Assembly: GCF_009834535.1 (NCBI RefSeq)
Contig: NC_045697.1
Location: 26,786,001-26,850,000 of the forward strand
DNA: 64,000 bases
Reading direction: 5' to 3'
Source: Camelus ferus
Taxonomy: Eukaryota
The first letter of the stretch is position 1, and the number at the start of each line of letters is the position of its first letter. The notes under the pieces were generated by a model. It was not told where the DNA came from. It saw nothing but the letters and a program-made list of their open reading frames with translations, and searched no databases. Both the position numbers and the translations under genes were made by a program. Positions 1 through 12,710 of the stretch are shown piece after piece.

Positions 1-280
1 ACCTCACAAACCCAGACATCATTCTTGAGTCCTTCCTCCTTCACATCCTTCACAGTCAGATTCAATGGGTTCTGCTTCTTAGTGGGTGATGAATAACCAC
101 CTTAGCCCCTCTTGCTCTGCCCTCTTCTCTGTCCCCACAGCCATCTGCTTGCACTTCCTTCATCTGGACAGCTGCAGTTGCCTCCTTACCAGCCTTCTTG
201 CCTTGCCTCTGTTCTCATCCCTTCCAACAGCTCCAGGTGATCTCATTATCAACATGCTGTAACTTCCCTGTCCAAAGTTC
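1..280 (+). mobile_element. L2 LINE fragment (degraded 3' region)
   Basis: CT-rich sequence following the recalled L2 3' consensus ('atcattcttgagtccttcctcc...catctggacagctgcagttgcctccttacc'); boundaries approximate. Confidence 0.55.
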
Positions 281-486
281 CCTGTTCATCAGCAGACCAA
301 TAAACAATTACAGACCAGGAGTTATAATAAAGTCACGCAGAGGAGGTCCAGAGAGGGGTACCTAACCAAGACTGAGATGAGGGGTCAAACAGGTGAAAGA
401 GTTGATGGCAACTGTGAATAAAAAGTCAGAAAGAGGGAAAGCAAGGAATTCTTCACAGAGGAAGCTATGGGGATAGACTCTAGGAT

Positions 487-715
487 CTAACATGTATTGA
501 GGGCTTGACTCTGTGCCAGACATTTTACCTATAATTACCTATTAAGTCTTCACAACAACCATTTGACGTAGGTATTACTATTAACCCTATCTTATAGATA
601 AGGAACCCCAGAAACAGGATAGCAAAGACTATGCCTTCAGTCACGCAGCTAGAGAATGGAAGAGCCAGGCATTCTAATCCCTGGGACCATGCGCTCAGGT
701 GTTACGCAAAACTGT
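487..715 (-). mobile_element. MIR SINE
   Basis: 'aacatgtattgagggcttgactctgtgccag...cttcacaacaacc...cttatagataaggaa...gtcacgcagctag' follows the antisense MIR consensus. Confidence 0.75.
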
Positions 716-3700
716 CTCTTTTGAGGTGGAGGGGCTGTGGGGTAGGGAGAGAGAGAAAAAGAGAGATAGAAGTTAAAGATTGACAGAAACATGACTTTAG
801 GTGTCCTGGTTAGGTAGCTATGAGTCTCAGAGTCAGGAATCCTGGGTTATTATCCTACACTATTGCGTTAACTTTGAAATTGTGGTTAATATTTGCGCCT
901 CAACTTCAGCATCTGAAAGATTGAGTTATTGGCATTTCCTCTTCTAGATTCTCGCCTGTCAAAAATCATTTTATACCTTTAGAGTATTACTAAAATTAAG
1001 TGTCATCAGATCTACTAGTATGGGTATCAAGGGATGAAAGAAACTCATCATCTTTACAAATATTTCAAATATTGTTCTATCTCAAAATAGGTGGAGGAAG
1101 CTTAGTTCCCAGAGCTCTTGAGCTCTGCAAGTCTTAGAATCTAATGCAATGTCATCCAGGTGTGGAGTCTGCTGTCCTTCCCCCAGCTTTTAGACCTACT
1201 GGAGAACTTTCCAAAGCTTTTGAACCTCATTGTCAAATACTCTATCCATTTTAAAAAGGAAGCACCTTTGGAGAGTATTGTACAGATTCCTAAAAGCAAG
1301 AACACACATCTCCAAGAAGTGACCTTTCTAACTGGCATCTTGGCTTGACACTTTAGTTCTTCCAGTTTGAGGCTTGGGTCTGGACCTTACTGAAAACAAA
1401 AACACTGCCCATGAATTATTCTGGGGATGAAATATAGATGACCTCTGCATCCAAGGGCAACCGTTTAATCTAGTTTGTCTCCTGAGCATGAATCTTGCTT
1501 TGTTTAACGGAAAGAAAATTTTGTTGGGGAACTTTGTGTCTGTGAAAAATTAATCAAAAGGTGTAAGGATTTTCTTTCCTTCTTTAGGAAGGTATCTTTT
1601 AACTAAATTGACACTTAGCTGCCTACACGGTTTCTACAGTAATCCCTTATTAACAGAGGTCTCTTAAATCCAAAAAATAAAAAGCCTAGACAATCAGCCA
1701 TAGGAAGCATTGAAAATTCTCATAATATATGTAAAGCCATACTTTTTCTTGTTTCCTTGCCCCAGTAATTTAAAATTGCTGCTCAGTAACTCAGTTCTTC
1801 TCCTGCTAAACATATTTGCTGGAAAGAACTTCAATATATGCTGTGGCTCAGAATAATATGTCAGCATTTGAGAAGAAGGAAATTAAAGGTTTGTCCATTT
1901 CTCCTCCCATTTTGGTAATCCATGTGTAGATATATGGAATGTTACTATAACCCATCCCTGTATCCATTTCGACTTTTGTTTTCCATTGATGGCTGTATAC
2001 AAATCAGGCCAAAGCAAATTGCAGAAAGGTAATGTCAATAATTTAAAAAGAAAATGCCATAGAACAGTTGAATGACAGCAGGAAATTAGCTGCATTGTGT
2101 AATGGATGAATACGAATTATAAAAGCAAAAGAAATCTCAGCATTTGGATAAGAAGTTAAAAACATGTAAGAGATGGTAACATAATTTTTCACCCTAAAAC
2201 CATTATATAACTCCCTTAAAATATAAGGGAAAATAAACTAGCAAGTGTTAGTAAAATTAGCCTGTCTTTTAAGATGGGATAATATAAGAAGAGACAGGAA
2301 ATCAGCCTTTGAAAATGTTTATCATTACCTACATTCAAAATATTTAAAATAATGCCCCAAATTTGCCTTGAATAAAAGTAACTTTGCATGCTTCAGTATT
2401 TTCTGGGTAGGTTGAAGTTAAATAATCCTCAGAACAGAAAGGTTAAGCATGTTTACAAAGTCCTATTCTTGGAGGGTATTTCTGACCCATGGGCTAGGTA
2501 GAGAGTTGCCCTCCATTCGGGGAGATGCTGGATGGTTTTGTTGTAGTGATGAATGACATGTTTTAAAAAGTATTAGAAATGGTTTTCAGCCATATCTGCA
2601 GGAAGCAAGTGAGGAGAGAACATCTAAAAATGTTTTAACTTGAAACATAACTTATAACAGACAAAAATGGGAAGGCAATAGTTTAAGTTAATTGTCTCTC
2701 ATTTATACCTTATATTTATAAATACCACCCTTTATGTATTTAAACTGAATCAAGACTGTAAAATTTCTTGACATTGGAAGAAAAATAAAAGCAAACTTTT
2801 ACTAAGCCACACAAAATGTGTAACATTTTATAAGTTGCTACTTTTATGTTGGTTTGATTTTTTTTAATATTGTAACATATGATATAAAACATAAAGACAT
2901 AAGTAGGCCTAAGGTATATACGTTTCCCAAACATAGCAATTGATTCTCACATTGTAAAATGAGTCCTAGATTTTGAAATGAAATTGCCAAGCTCTCTTAA
3001 TCACAACTTTAAAGCAAGTTTTTAAAATCTGTTATCTCACAGAAGTTCTTTCATTTTTATATCTCTGGTGCAATTAAACTTTACATTAGATTTGAGTTTT
3101 ATGAAATAGCCTAAAGTTCTAACCTCTTGCATAGTTTCTATTTTTATTTATTATAAATAGGATGACTGTTTTTCCCTAAAATTATTAAGCACTGAATATA
3201 AATTTTTAGATTACAAAAGGAACAAAATTCCCTTAATAATTCCTCCTTAAAAGGTTCTATCAGACTGAAGGCTACTATTTAAACATGTTTCAAAAAAGCA
3301 TCTGTAATTTTGCTGAACTTTATGGTATCATATTCCCTTGATATTTGGCCAGTAACATATAGTTTGGTCCAAGGCTGCATTTGTTTTGCTTTAAATGGCA
3401 TCATTTGGTTTCATCTTGTTTTAATGCAGCATCAACCACTTTTATATCCCCACAACAGCCACTTATACTTTTAGTGTTCATGTGTGTGCATGTGTGTGTG
3501 TGAGTCTGTATGAACGGGTATAAGCCATCTCTTTCATAGTCAAGTACTGGTGAAGACAAGGGTGTTATCCACAGGTGCAAGTACCTAGCAAGACCCAAAG
3601 CAGGCTTGCACGCAGGCTTCTGTGAAGAAGGTCCTTCATCTCAGGTTGTCCAGTTCCCACCTCCCAGGGTCAGTCATTACAACACCATCCTTTCCTCTCA

Positions 3701-4744
3701 GGCTGCCTTTTCATAGGTCAATCTGTCCCCACTCCTTTGAATCAATTTGGTTTTGTTTCGTACAATGGCATAGATAGGTTCTGTTAAAGTGCTTCCATCA
3801 AAGGGCTTTTCTCACATTATCTCTTCACCACTGTCCCCATTCATTAGCCACACAGTATCTTCTTATCTGTTATAAAGAAATCAATCAATGAATCAAACAA
3901 TGTGAAGAAACCCCAAGCAAATCCAAAGTCTAGACTTATTCAATTGTTTTGATTCTGATTCCAGTAGCCCTCCACTCTGGAGCCAGTGATGAATGAGATA
4001 GGGCGCCCGTCTGAAGTGCAGTCATTTATCACCCATTAGGCAAAACTTCTACTGCAACTGTTGTCAGGAAAGGTTTCAGTAATGAGGAGAACATGCAGTT
4101 CTGTCCAACCTCTCTTTCTAAACTTACTGGGAGCCCTGGGCTGTGATTCTGAGCCGTAAGAGTTGCTTACCAATTAGCAAAACAAACCACACTCTGAAAT
4201 GTGTAAACGATCCTTGAAACTGGGCAGAAAGCCCAGGAATAAAACTTCTCTGACCTGTTCTAACTAATGTTACCACCGTTACCTTTTCCCTTCAATTATT
4301 TAGGCTTCCTCCATGCCTTGACTGGATTGCTGCTGACAGTAATGTGGAGCATACTCATTAATCATTTTCTTGTCATTGTGTTCTGGCAAGGGGGAAGGGA
4401 ATGATGCTCACTACCAAAAATAGAATGCCTTCTCTCTGATAAATAGGAGAAAACTCTGTAATGAACATGTTATCTTGTCATGGGCAATTTCATCTTCAAT
4501 TGTCTTGAGAAGAAGCATATAATACTGGTGCTGTGTATCTATGTATCATAGGCCTACAATACTGAAGATGTAAATAGACACTAAATTAAAATAAGTGCTT
4601 TGAAAAATAGCTACACAAACATAAACTCTTAGCTAATAATTTCTGAGTCATGGACACTGAATTTTCTAAGCAATAAATGTTTGATGCAAGAAGGCTGACA
4701 TTTAAGTTTTTATTACTTATATACATGAAAAAGACCGATTCCTC

Positions 4745-4761
4745 TGTGTGTGTGTGTGTGT
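4745..4761. repeat. (TG)n microsatellite
   Basis: direct reading, about 8 units. Confidence 0.9.
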
Positions 4762-5159
4762 AGAGACATTTTTATATTCCTACATTTGTTTGCAAAACCT
4801 ATCATGCTGGATCACCCTTTCAAAGATTTCTAGAATATTATCAGTGCACACAAATCCAATGTAATGATAACACCATAAAGTCTAATATTGTTTTAGAGCT
4901 GGAATAACTGTTAAGGGCCACCCAGTCCCATGTCTTCATTGTATAAATGTGGAGGTGTAAGCTCAGATAATTATTATTCAAGAGGCCAGAGGTCCTTGCT
5001 GACCCACGCTCCCAGTATGGATTTTTTCCTAATCCTTTGTATCATTCCATCCATGTTCCTGTTCTGGCTTAGTGTGAAGTCTCACGGAGCAAGGAGGGGA
5101 GATGTTCTGGGATGCCTGATCATCCTTGCAAACCCTGCTCTATTATACTTTGAGTTTAA

Positions 5160-5290
5160 TGAAGGAGTGTTACCCCGTTTTTCAATTGAGAAAGCAAAAT
5201 TAGAAAAGTTGAGCTAATTAGTTAGAGGCAGACTAGTGAGTTAGGGTTAGGCAGAGTAGGGATTGGTATCCAGGCTGCCTGGCATCCAAC
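5160..5290 (-). mobile_element. MIR fragment
   Basis: 'ccccgtttttcaattgagaaagcaaaattagaaaagttgagctaatt...ggattggtatccaggctgcctgg' resembles the antisense MIR core. Confidence 0.55.
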
Positions 5291-6024
5291 ATCCCAAAAC
5301 AAGCAGTATTATTGTTATCATATGCCTGATATTTAGTTCCATTTCTCTTCTTTTATTCAGGAAAAAAAATGTTTCTTTTTTGGTGTATCTGTAAAAATGG
5401 CTATATTTGTGTAAGCTAAAGGCTGAAAGGGCATTGGAGAGGCATGAGTCTGAACAACACACCACTTGAAATATTCTCCCAGACGTCCTGCCAACAGTCT
5501 GCCTGAAGGTCTCAGGGAGTCATTCTGGGGCTGTATGCTTAGTAGAAGCATGGTTCTAGAACCACTCTAATTAACTTTTAGTTTCATCCATCACCATGTC
5601 TCACCTCTACAAAATGACATAGTAAAAGCAGACAACACTTATGGTTTTCAACATATTGGCCTGTGGATGAAAAGCATCAGCTAATCAATTTAGTTGATAC
5701 ATGCATCACGAGACTGGCTTGAGGGAGGTCAGCCCCCACCCACTGGGTCATACAGCAAAGTCAAGTGGGAGAGAATAAACAATCACCTGTTGTTTAAAAG
5801 GCACCATCTGTTTTGGAAGTTGTTTTCTTCCTTTTTTCCTTCTTTCATTCACCCTTCCTTTCACATTTCATCTTCTATGATTTTTTTCCCCCTGTGTACA
5901 GTATTGTTCTTTCACAAGGCAGAGAAGCCAAAATCTATTTGTTCTGTAATTAGCTTGTTACATTGCCCTAACAAAGAATTTCCCACTGGAGAAATGAAAC
6001 ACAGATTGACAAGTGTGGGAAATA

Positions 6025-6192
6025 ACGTACATGGATCTGGGAATGAGTCCTGATTCTGCCCCAAATAAAAATAAGCTGGGTTATGATGGATAACCTCTCT
6101 GAGCCTATTTCTTCACCTGTAAAACTGATATCATCAACCAGAGTAATTACAAGATACAAAGAAAAGACTATATGTGACAGTGCTTAGTAAAT
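6025..6192 (+). mobile_element. MIR SINE
   Basis: 'aacctctctgagcctatttcttcacctgtaaaa...tatgtgacagtgcttag' MIR core. Confidence 0.7.
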
Positions 6193-7481
6193 TAATTCCA
6201 TATAAGTCCTATTTTTAACACTCTCAGATTTTAATTAGTTTCTAATCTTGTTTCATATGACAAAGTAAAATCAATGACTATTGCTGTAAATTGCACTATA
6301 AGAGTTATATATTCAAGTTTTTGCCAACAATATAACTTGAGATAGGAAATTCTGGCCACAGTAACTTGAGAAATGATTTTAGCATTTGATACCTAAACCA
6401 AATGTTAATGAAATAAATCACTGTAGCATGTAACTCAATTCACATCTCTGCTGATTGGTTTGACACAGAGCTGCCATCAGTCTGGAAAGAAGATCTACTT
6501 GCAGAAGTGATGCGAAGATTAGGGCGAAAATGGTCCCATGTGTAAATTGCATTTATGAAGTTTAACTGCCGTCAAAACCTATCTAGACTTCAACTAAAAT
6601 TTGTAGCACTCTTGGTTATACCGTCTCATCAGCCCTCCAAGCCACATTGGGTATTCTTATCTTTGTGGGTCTTTTCTGATTGACTAGATCAGAAAGAGAA
6701 ATTATGTTCTACTTCCTGCTATCCTATCTTTCTGAGCTGAAAGTGTCTGGCCCAAGGTTGTCACCATAAGTGAGCCCAGACATTTGTCAAAAACATTACA
6801 GTTCCTTTACTGTGTAAAGATACCCTCAAGAGTTTCTCCAGAATTCATCTTCAAAGAGTTTACAGTCTTCTAATAAAGAATATTTTGGAAGAGCAGCATA
6901 TCACCAAAGTAAGCGGCAGCGCACAATTCTAAGGGCATAAAAGGTGTGAAGTCAAACATCACTGCAAAGCAGAAGACAAATTCTGAAGTAATAGCAGTAT
7001 TTGAAAAGGTGGGTTAAGGGAGGTAGTGAAGGTGAAGATAAAGTTTGAGAAGTAAAAAAAATAACACTTAGAATATTGTTCATGTTAAATAAAGTTCCCA
7101 AATTGTTTTTTATAACTTTCAATGACTCCTCTTTGCCCTCACAATAAAGCTCAAACCCCTACCCAAAGCGTGGCTCATTGGACAAGTAGTTACAGAATAC
7201 TACTCTGGGCCAGGCAGTGGGGAGACCAGAAAAAACACAGAGCTTCTGGGATTTGTTTTCTGTGCCTTCTCCACATCTTGCTCTGTATAAAAACTCCATA
7301 TATCTGTAAAGATCCTCCAACAGTCCACTAATATTTCTGCTTCCTTGCCTTTGTTCTTTGAAGAATGACCATCTCCTTCCTTTGAAACCCTTCTCATCTT
7401 TCAAGTCTTTGCTCAAAGGCACTGTTTTCATAAATCTTGGCTAATCCACGGGGCCAACTTCCAACGCACTTGATTTACCTC

Positions 7482-7826
7482 TGTAGTATCTGCTACAACA
7501 AAAATATGATAGACTGGGTGACTTATAATCAATAGAAATTCATTTCTCACATTCTGGAAGCTAAGAAGTTCAAGATCAAAGCACTAACAGATTCAATGTC
7601 TGGGGTGAGTCCTCTTGGTTCATAGATGGCCATCTTCTTGCTGTGTCTTCAGGTGGCAGAAGGGACAAGGGAGCTCTCTGAGCCCTCTTTTATTAGGGCA
7701 CTAATCCCATTCATGAGAGCTCCACCCTCATGACCTAATCACATCCCAAAGACCCCCACCTCTAATATCATCACATTAGGGGTTAGGTTTCAACATCTGA
7801 ACTTGGGGGAAACACAACTTGTAGCA
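7482..7826 (-). mobile_element. Solo MaLR LTR, MLT1A-like
   Basis: TG...CA termini; body matches recalled MLT1A ('gggcactaatcccattcatgagagctccaccctcatgacctaatcac'); flanks acctc (7477-7481) and acccc (7827-7831) give a 4/5 TSD. Confidence 0.85.
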
Positions 7827-8095
7827 ACCCCTATGATCAATTAATTAACAATCAATTAATAAACAAATTCTCTCATGGGGAAGCATGTCATAAATGGAAG
7901 GAAAGTATACCTTGGAGACATGTTCATAGAGGACTCAACATTAAGCTATTCACACACACATAAAGCACCTTCTCTCTCCCTGCCCTGATCCTTCTAAAGA
8001 GATGATATCATAGATTTGCTCCTAGTGGAATCTGAGTCAGTAAGGCCAGTGCCCACTGCACTGCTGATAATTGAGGTGGAGGAATAAGGAGAGTG

Positions 8096-8666
8096 AAGAC
8101 ATGGAAACAGCCTAAATGTACATCGACAGATGACTGAATAAAGAAGATGTGGTATATTTATACAATGGAATACTATTCAGCCATGAAAAATGACAACATA
8201 ATGCCATTTGCAGCAACATGGATGTCCCTGGAGAATGTCATTCTAAGCCAGAAAGAGAAAGAAAAATACCATATGAGATCACTTATATGTGGAGTTAAAA
8301 AAAAGAACATAAATACAAAACAGAAACAGACCCATAGACATAGAATACAAACTTGTGTTTACCAGGGGGGAAGGGGGTGGAAGGGACAGACTAGGAGTTT
8401 GAAATTTGTAGATACTGACAGACATATGTAGAATAGATAAACAAGATTATACTGTATAGCACAGGGAAATATATACAAGATCTGGTGGTAGCTCATGGTG
8501 AAAAAGAATGCGACAATATGTTCATCTATAACTGAAAAATTGTGCTCTACGTTGGAAATTGACACAACATTGTAAACTGACTATAACTCAATAAAAAAAT
8601 GTTAAAAAAAAACAATACAAATGGGGGGAAAAAAGAGCTTACATTTTCAAATTAAAAACAAAAAAA
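8096..8666 (+). mobile_element. 5'-truncated, relatively young L1 3' end (camelid-type)
   Basis: ORF2 C-terminus '[32 protein letters not shown]' in ORF 8147-8431, then 3' UTR, AATAAA at 8590-8595 and A-rich tail. Confidence 0.9.
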
Positions 8667-9890
8667 GATGAGACTTCAGTTCTTTTCACAGTCAGGTTAG
8701 TAAGCCAGATATGTAAAAGAAATAGTTCTCGTTGATAGACACCAGTTCCTGAAAGACTTTACACATAGTCAACTTTACTATAGTGTATACTACTTTAAAA
8801 ATGGCACCAAGAGGAAGACTTTGGTCAATGGTGAGCAGTGAGGCAAATGTGTTTCCTTTTTCCTCTTGTGGCCTAAGGGAAATCATGTTCTGAGGTCTTA
8901 GCTAATTATCAGAGTGAACTTGGACCCAAGGAGAAAGCAACTCATTAAAAAGGTATAATCTGTGTTTTAGATTCAGATTTATTATACCTTTTCAATTTTC
9001 TCTTGAGAGAAATCTCTTAAGAAATACTGAATAATTAAAATAATATTAAAGAGCATATTCTTAAATCTTATTGAAAGTCTTTCTCAATTTTTTCTTTTTT
9101 TATTTTCTTGTAATTTATCATAAGCAACTATCCTGGGCACTGGGGATTCGGAGCTGGTGGTGTATTTCAAGCTCTTATTATTCACTAGAATTCCTCATGA
9201 GGAGTAGTTGGTAGGGTTTTCTTCACTTATTTTTCTTTGTGATTTCCAGTTGTAGTGGGAAAAGTGCCTACAAATATTGCTGATGAGTGAGAAACTGCAC
9301 ATTCTTTGGTAACATTGGTGAGAAGCCAAGTACTGAGTGAACACTACTATTTGCAAAATGATTTCTGTGAAAGAGCCCAAAACTATAGTTACTGCTCTTC
9401 ACTTTGCCCTAATGGTGAGAAATCACTTTCAGTAACAGGCAGGTTATCTGCCCAGTTTGTAGCCTACTGACAAACTTCATTTCACCTTTTCTTAGTCCAT
9501 TAGTCATTGTTAAGCAGCTCTTGTGTTCCATTCTGTAGTAGGAATTAGGGCAGTTTGCAGAATCTGCAGGCAAGCTGGGATGGGAGAGAGTCTTCTGAGA
9601 CTATTATTTTTAGTTTTGTCTCCTTTGACTTTTTCAACCCCGTAGTTTCATCCCATCAGAAGATGGAGGTATCAGCCATGATTCCTAAGTAGTCAGTCAA
9701 AAGAACCAACCAACTTAAGCAACTTCAGAGCCTCCTCCTCTGCTGTCTCTGGAAGCCACAGGTCTCTGGGCAGCCTTCACCACAACAGGTTCTTCTCAGT
9801 GCCTGCTTCTCATCACTACCTTTCAAATCTATGACTTATATATTCATCTCCGGTTGGCAGCATTTAGATCCCATGCTTATGCCATAATTG

Positions 9891-9906
9891 CACACACACA
9901 CACACA
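9891..9906. repeat. (CA)8 microsatellite
   Basis: direct reading. Confidence 0.9.
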
Positions 9907-10279
9907 AAGCTGGAAAAATTAGTTTCTGATATCTTCTGTAGAGATCCTTAAAGTAGAGAACTCCCCAAAGTAGGTATGTTCAAAGGTACCAGGCTGACAA
10001 AAAGAACGACTAACGTCTACGCCCTTGGTTTCACAGCAGAGCTAGAATATCAGCCAACAGTCTAGGTCAGGGAGAACAAGAGGCTCAGGAGAGAATGGTG
10101 AGTTGCTGTTCAACTCCTCTCTTCCCTCTAAACCCTGGCTCCTTGTTCTTGACTTACCAGCTGAGCATCTTTGAGCAAGTTACTCGACATTTCTAGCCCA
10201 AGCCGTCCGCCCAGCTGGAGTCCCTCAGATGGCCTTCCAGCAGCTCATTTCTATGCCCACTTGGACTTTAACAACATAA

Positions 10280-10775
10280 ATCTCATGATGCTATTTTCTA
10301 GGCTTAACACACTCCAAAAGCTGCCTGATCACTTTCCGACAGCCCGCAAGATCCTATTGGAACTGGTCTCTGCCTAGATGCCCTTTAAGGCATCTAAGAC
10401 CACGCTTTCCCTCATTAACTGTTGCTCAGCCCCACTGATTCAATAACAGGCCAGCTTGTTTTGACTCAGCCCTGCCCTGTGGTTTGTCCCTACCTGTAAT
10501 GTTCTTCCACTAAATGCCTGCCTGGGTGGATCCTTCTCATCATTCGGGTCTCAGCTCAAATGCCACTTCCTCAGAGAGACTTTCCTGAATATCCTATTTA
10601 AATTGGACACTCCTTCCAAACTCTTTATACTATACCCTCTTTTAAAAATCATATTTCTTATCAATACCTAGGTTACCTTATTTATCTATTCATCAAACTG
10701 TCTATTTTCTGTTTGCACTACTAAAAAATGATGTTCATATTTATCTCAGTATCCCCAGTTCCTAGAACTGTGCCA
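10280..10775 (+). mobile_element. L2 LINE 3' region (L2a-like)
   Basis: 'tccttctcatcattcgggtctcagctcaaatgccacttcctcagagagactttcctga' and 'gtatccccagttcctagaactgtgcc' are typical L2 3' motifs. Confidence 0.75.
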
Positions 10776-12159
10776 AATTCCTGAGCTGCTGACTCAGTTC
10801 CTTCCACACTCTTCTTATTCCAGACTTCCCTTTGCCCCACTTCCTTGCACCTTAACTGAGTTCCCAGTCATGCGTTTGAGCAGATGGGAACTCCCACTTC
10901 CCCTGAAGCAGATGGCATCCTTCATGGCTAGTGTAGGCAGGGTATCAGTAGCCTGGGAGTTGAGCGCATGATCAGAATGTACAGGGCTGTGAAATTTGAA
11001 AGAAATTGAGTAGGAGAGTGGGGAAGAAAGATTGGAGATGTCAGGCAGGCCAGAAGTCAGATGGGCAAAGATATGACAAAGGTGGCTATGGATATGAGGT
11101 TGAAAACAAGAGTCAGTTGACTTGCTGTGTGGCCAGGGCCTAACCTCAGCTGTCATTTCTTCTTAGATGAGCACAGCAGAGAAGAAGGAGCAGACAGAGT
11201 CAGGCATACAAACCATGTCGTTCGTCAAAGATCTGTTTCTTAGAGACACAAAGACAGCAGGATTAGCTAAAACATCCACATGCTTGTTAATGATTCCTGT
11301 TACTGCGGAGTCCTGAGAGCCAGGGTAATCCGCATGGAAGAGGGGCCCATCCGGGCTTGAATTATCCCGGTGATGTCCGAGCTATCTGAGCTTTCTCAGC
11401 TATAGCTTCAAAAGAAGAATACCATCTTCTTCCTTTCAAGTAAGGTCCTACTTTAACTGTTTCCTTTTCACATTTAGCTGAACTGACTTCACTTTATGTA
11501 CACCTGCAGATGAACATGTCCTCAAATAGATGGATGTCCTCAGACAGGTATCCACTGAAAATCCCTGTGTCATAGACCTTGACCTGAACGTTGTGATAAG
11601 TTGGGTAATAGTTTTCAGTCTTAATGACTTTCCTTTTAATTACCTGAAATATCTAGACAATCACTTGCATTTCACTCTGCTGATGGTGAAATAGCCATGA
11701 AGTTATAAACTGTGGTTAGTGTGGGTTGCGGTTGTGTTAACCCAACCCCGTAAAGAAGTCCAAATTTCCTACTGTCTAATCAAAGTACTTAACAGGGTCC
11801 AGGTCCAGTAAATGGCAGGGATGAGTTAACAGGTAGGATGTGTTCAACCTTTGAGTTCTTCCACTCTGCTCTTGGTCCTCCTAAATGAAAGTTTTCACCC
11901 TTTCCTCTCCAACCCATCCTTCCTCTCCCATTGATTGCTAGATGAGTTTCTGCCTTCTCTCTCCCTTCCCCCAGGGACAGTAATATCTAACTGAACAGAA
12001 AGGGACCTTCAGGCAAGCTTCTTGTCTGCCATAGGGTAAAGGACTTGTTTGAATCACTGTTTCTACTTTGATGTGAGCTATTATAGGGAGAAAGTCCCTC
12101 CTGGATCAAGTGAGAGAGAGAGAAGGGGAAATAAATGCTCAGAAACAACCACATCGTTG

Positions 12160-12710
12160 CTTGGACATATAACATTGACAAGACGGCAAACAACAGAAAC
12201 CACTTGAGGTATTTAGACAAACAAGGAGGACTTCACTACAAAGAAGGGTTTCTTTCTCATGGCTTCAAAAGGCTGGGATGCAGGCTGATCTCAGGAGTAA
12301 CTGTGACTTACAGATTCAAGCTCCATCTGGACCCATTTTCTGCCTCTTGCCTCTTGGCTATGTGTCCGTTGCAAGTCTTTCTCTCTCACTCTCACTCTTC
12401 TCTCTTGCTTTTTAGCTCTTTTTCTACTTCTGGTGCTCTCTGTAGTCCTTGACCTACTCTGACTTCATCTACAGTAGCTTCCACTGCTTCTCTTGTGCAC
12501 ATGGAAGAAGTATGACCACTGATGATCTGTCCTGGATTTACCAGTTACAGGTCCAGCCACCCAAATTCCCAGAGAAGGAACTCTGAGAAGTCCACCCTGT
12601 AACAGACTTAACGTTATATGAACATGGCAGCCAGAGCTACCACTGCATCCATGTGAAAGGAGGTCACAGAATGGGAGAGCAAGGGACCAAAGACGAGAGG
12701 TACATACAAC
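12160..12710 (-). mobile_element. Old ERVL/MaLR-type LTR remnant
   Basis: 'ggcaaacaacagaaaccacttgaggtatttagacaaacaagg' resembles the antisense end of old MLT1/LTR33-type LTRs; highly diverged. Confidence 0.4.
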
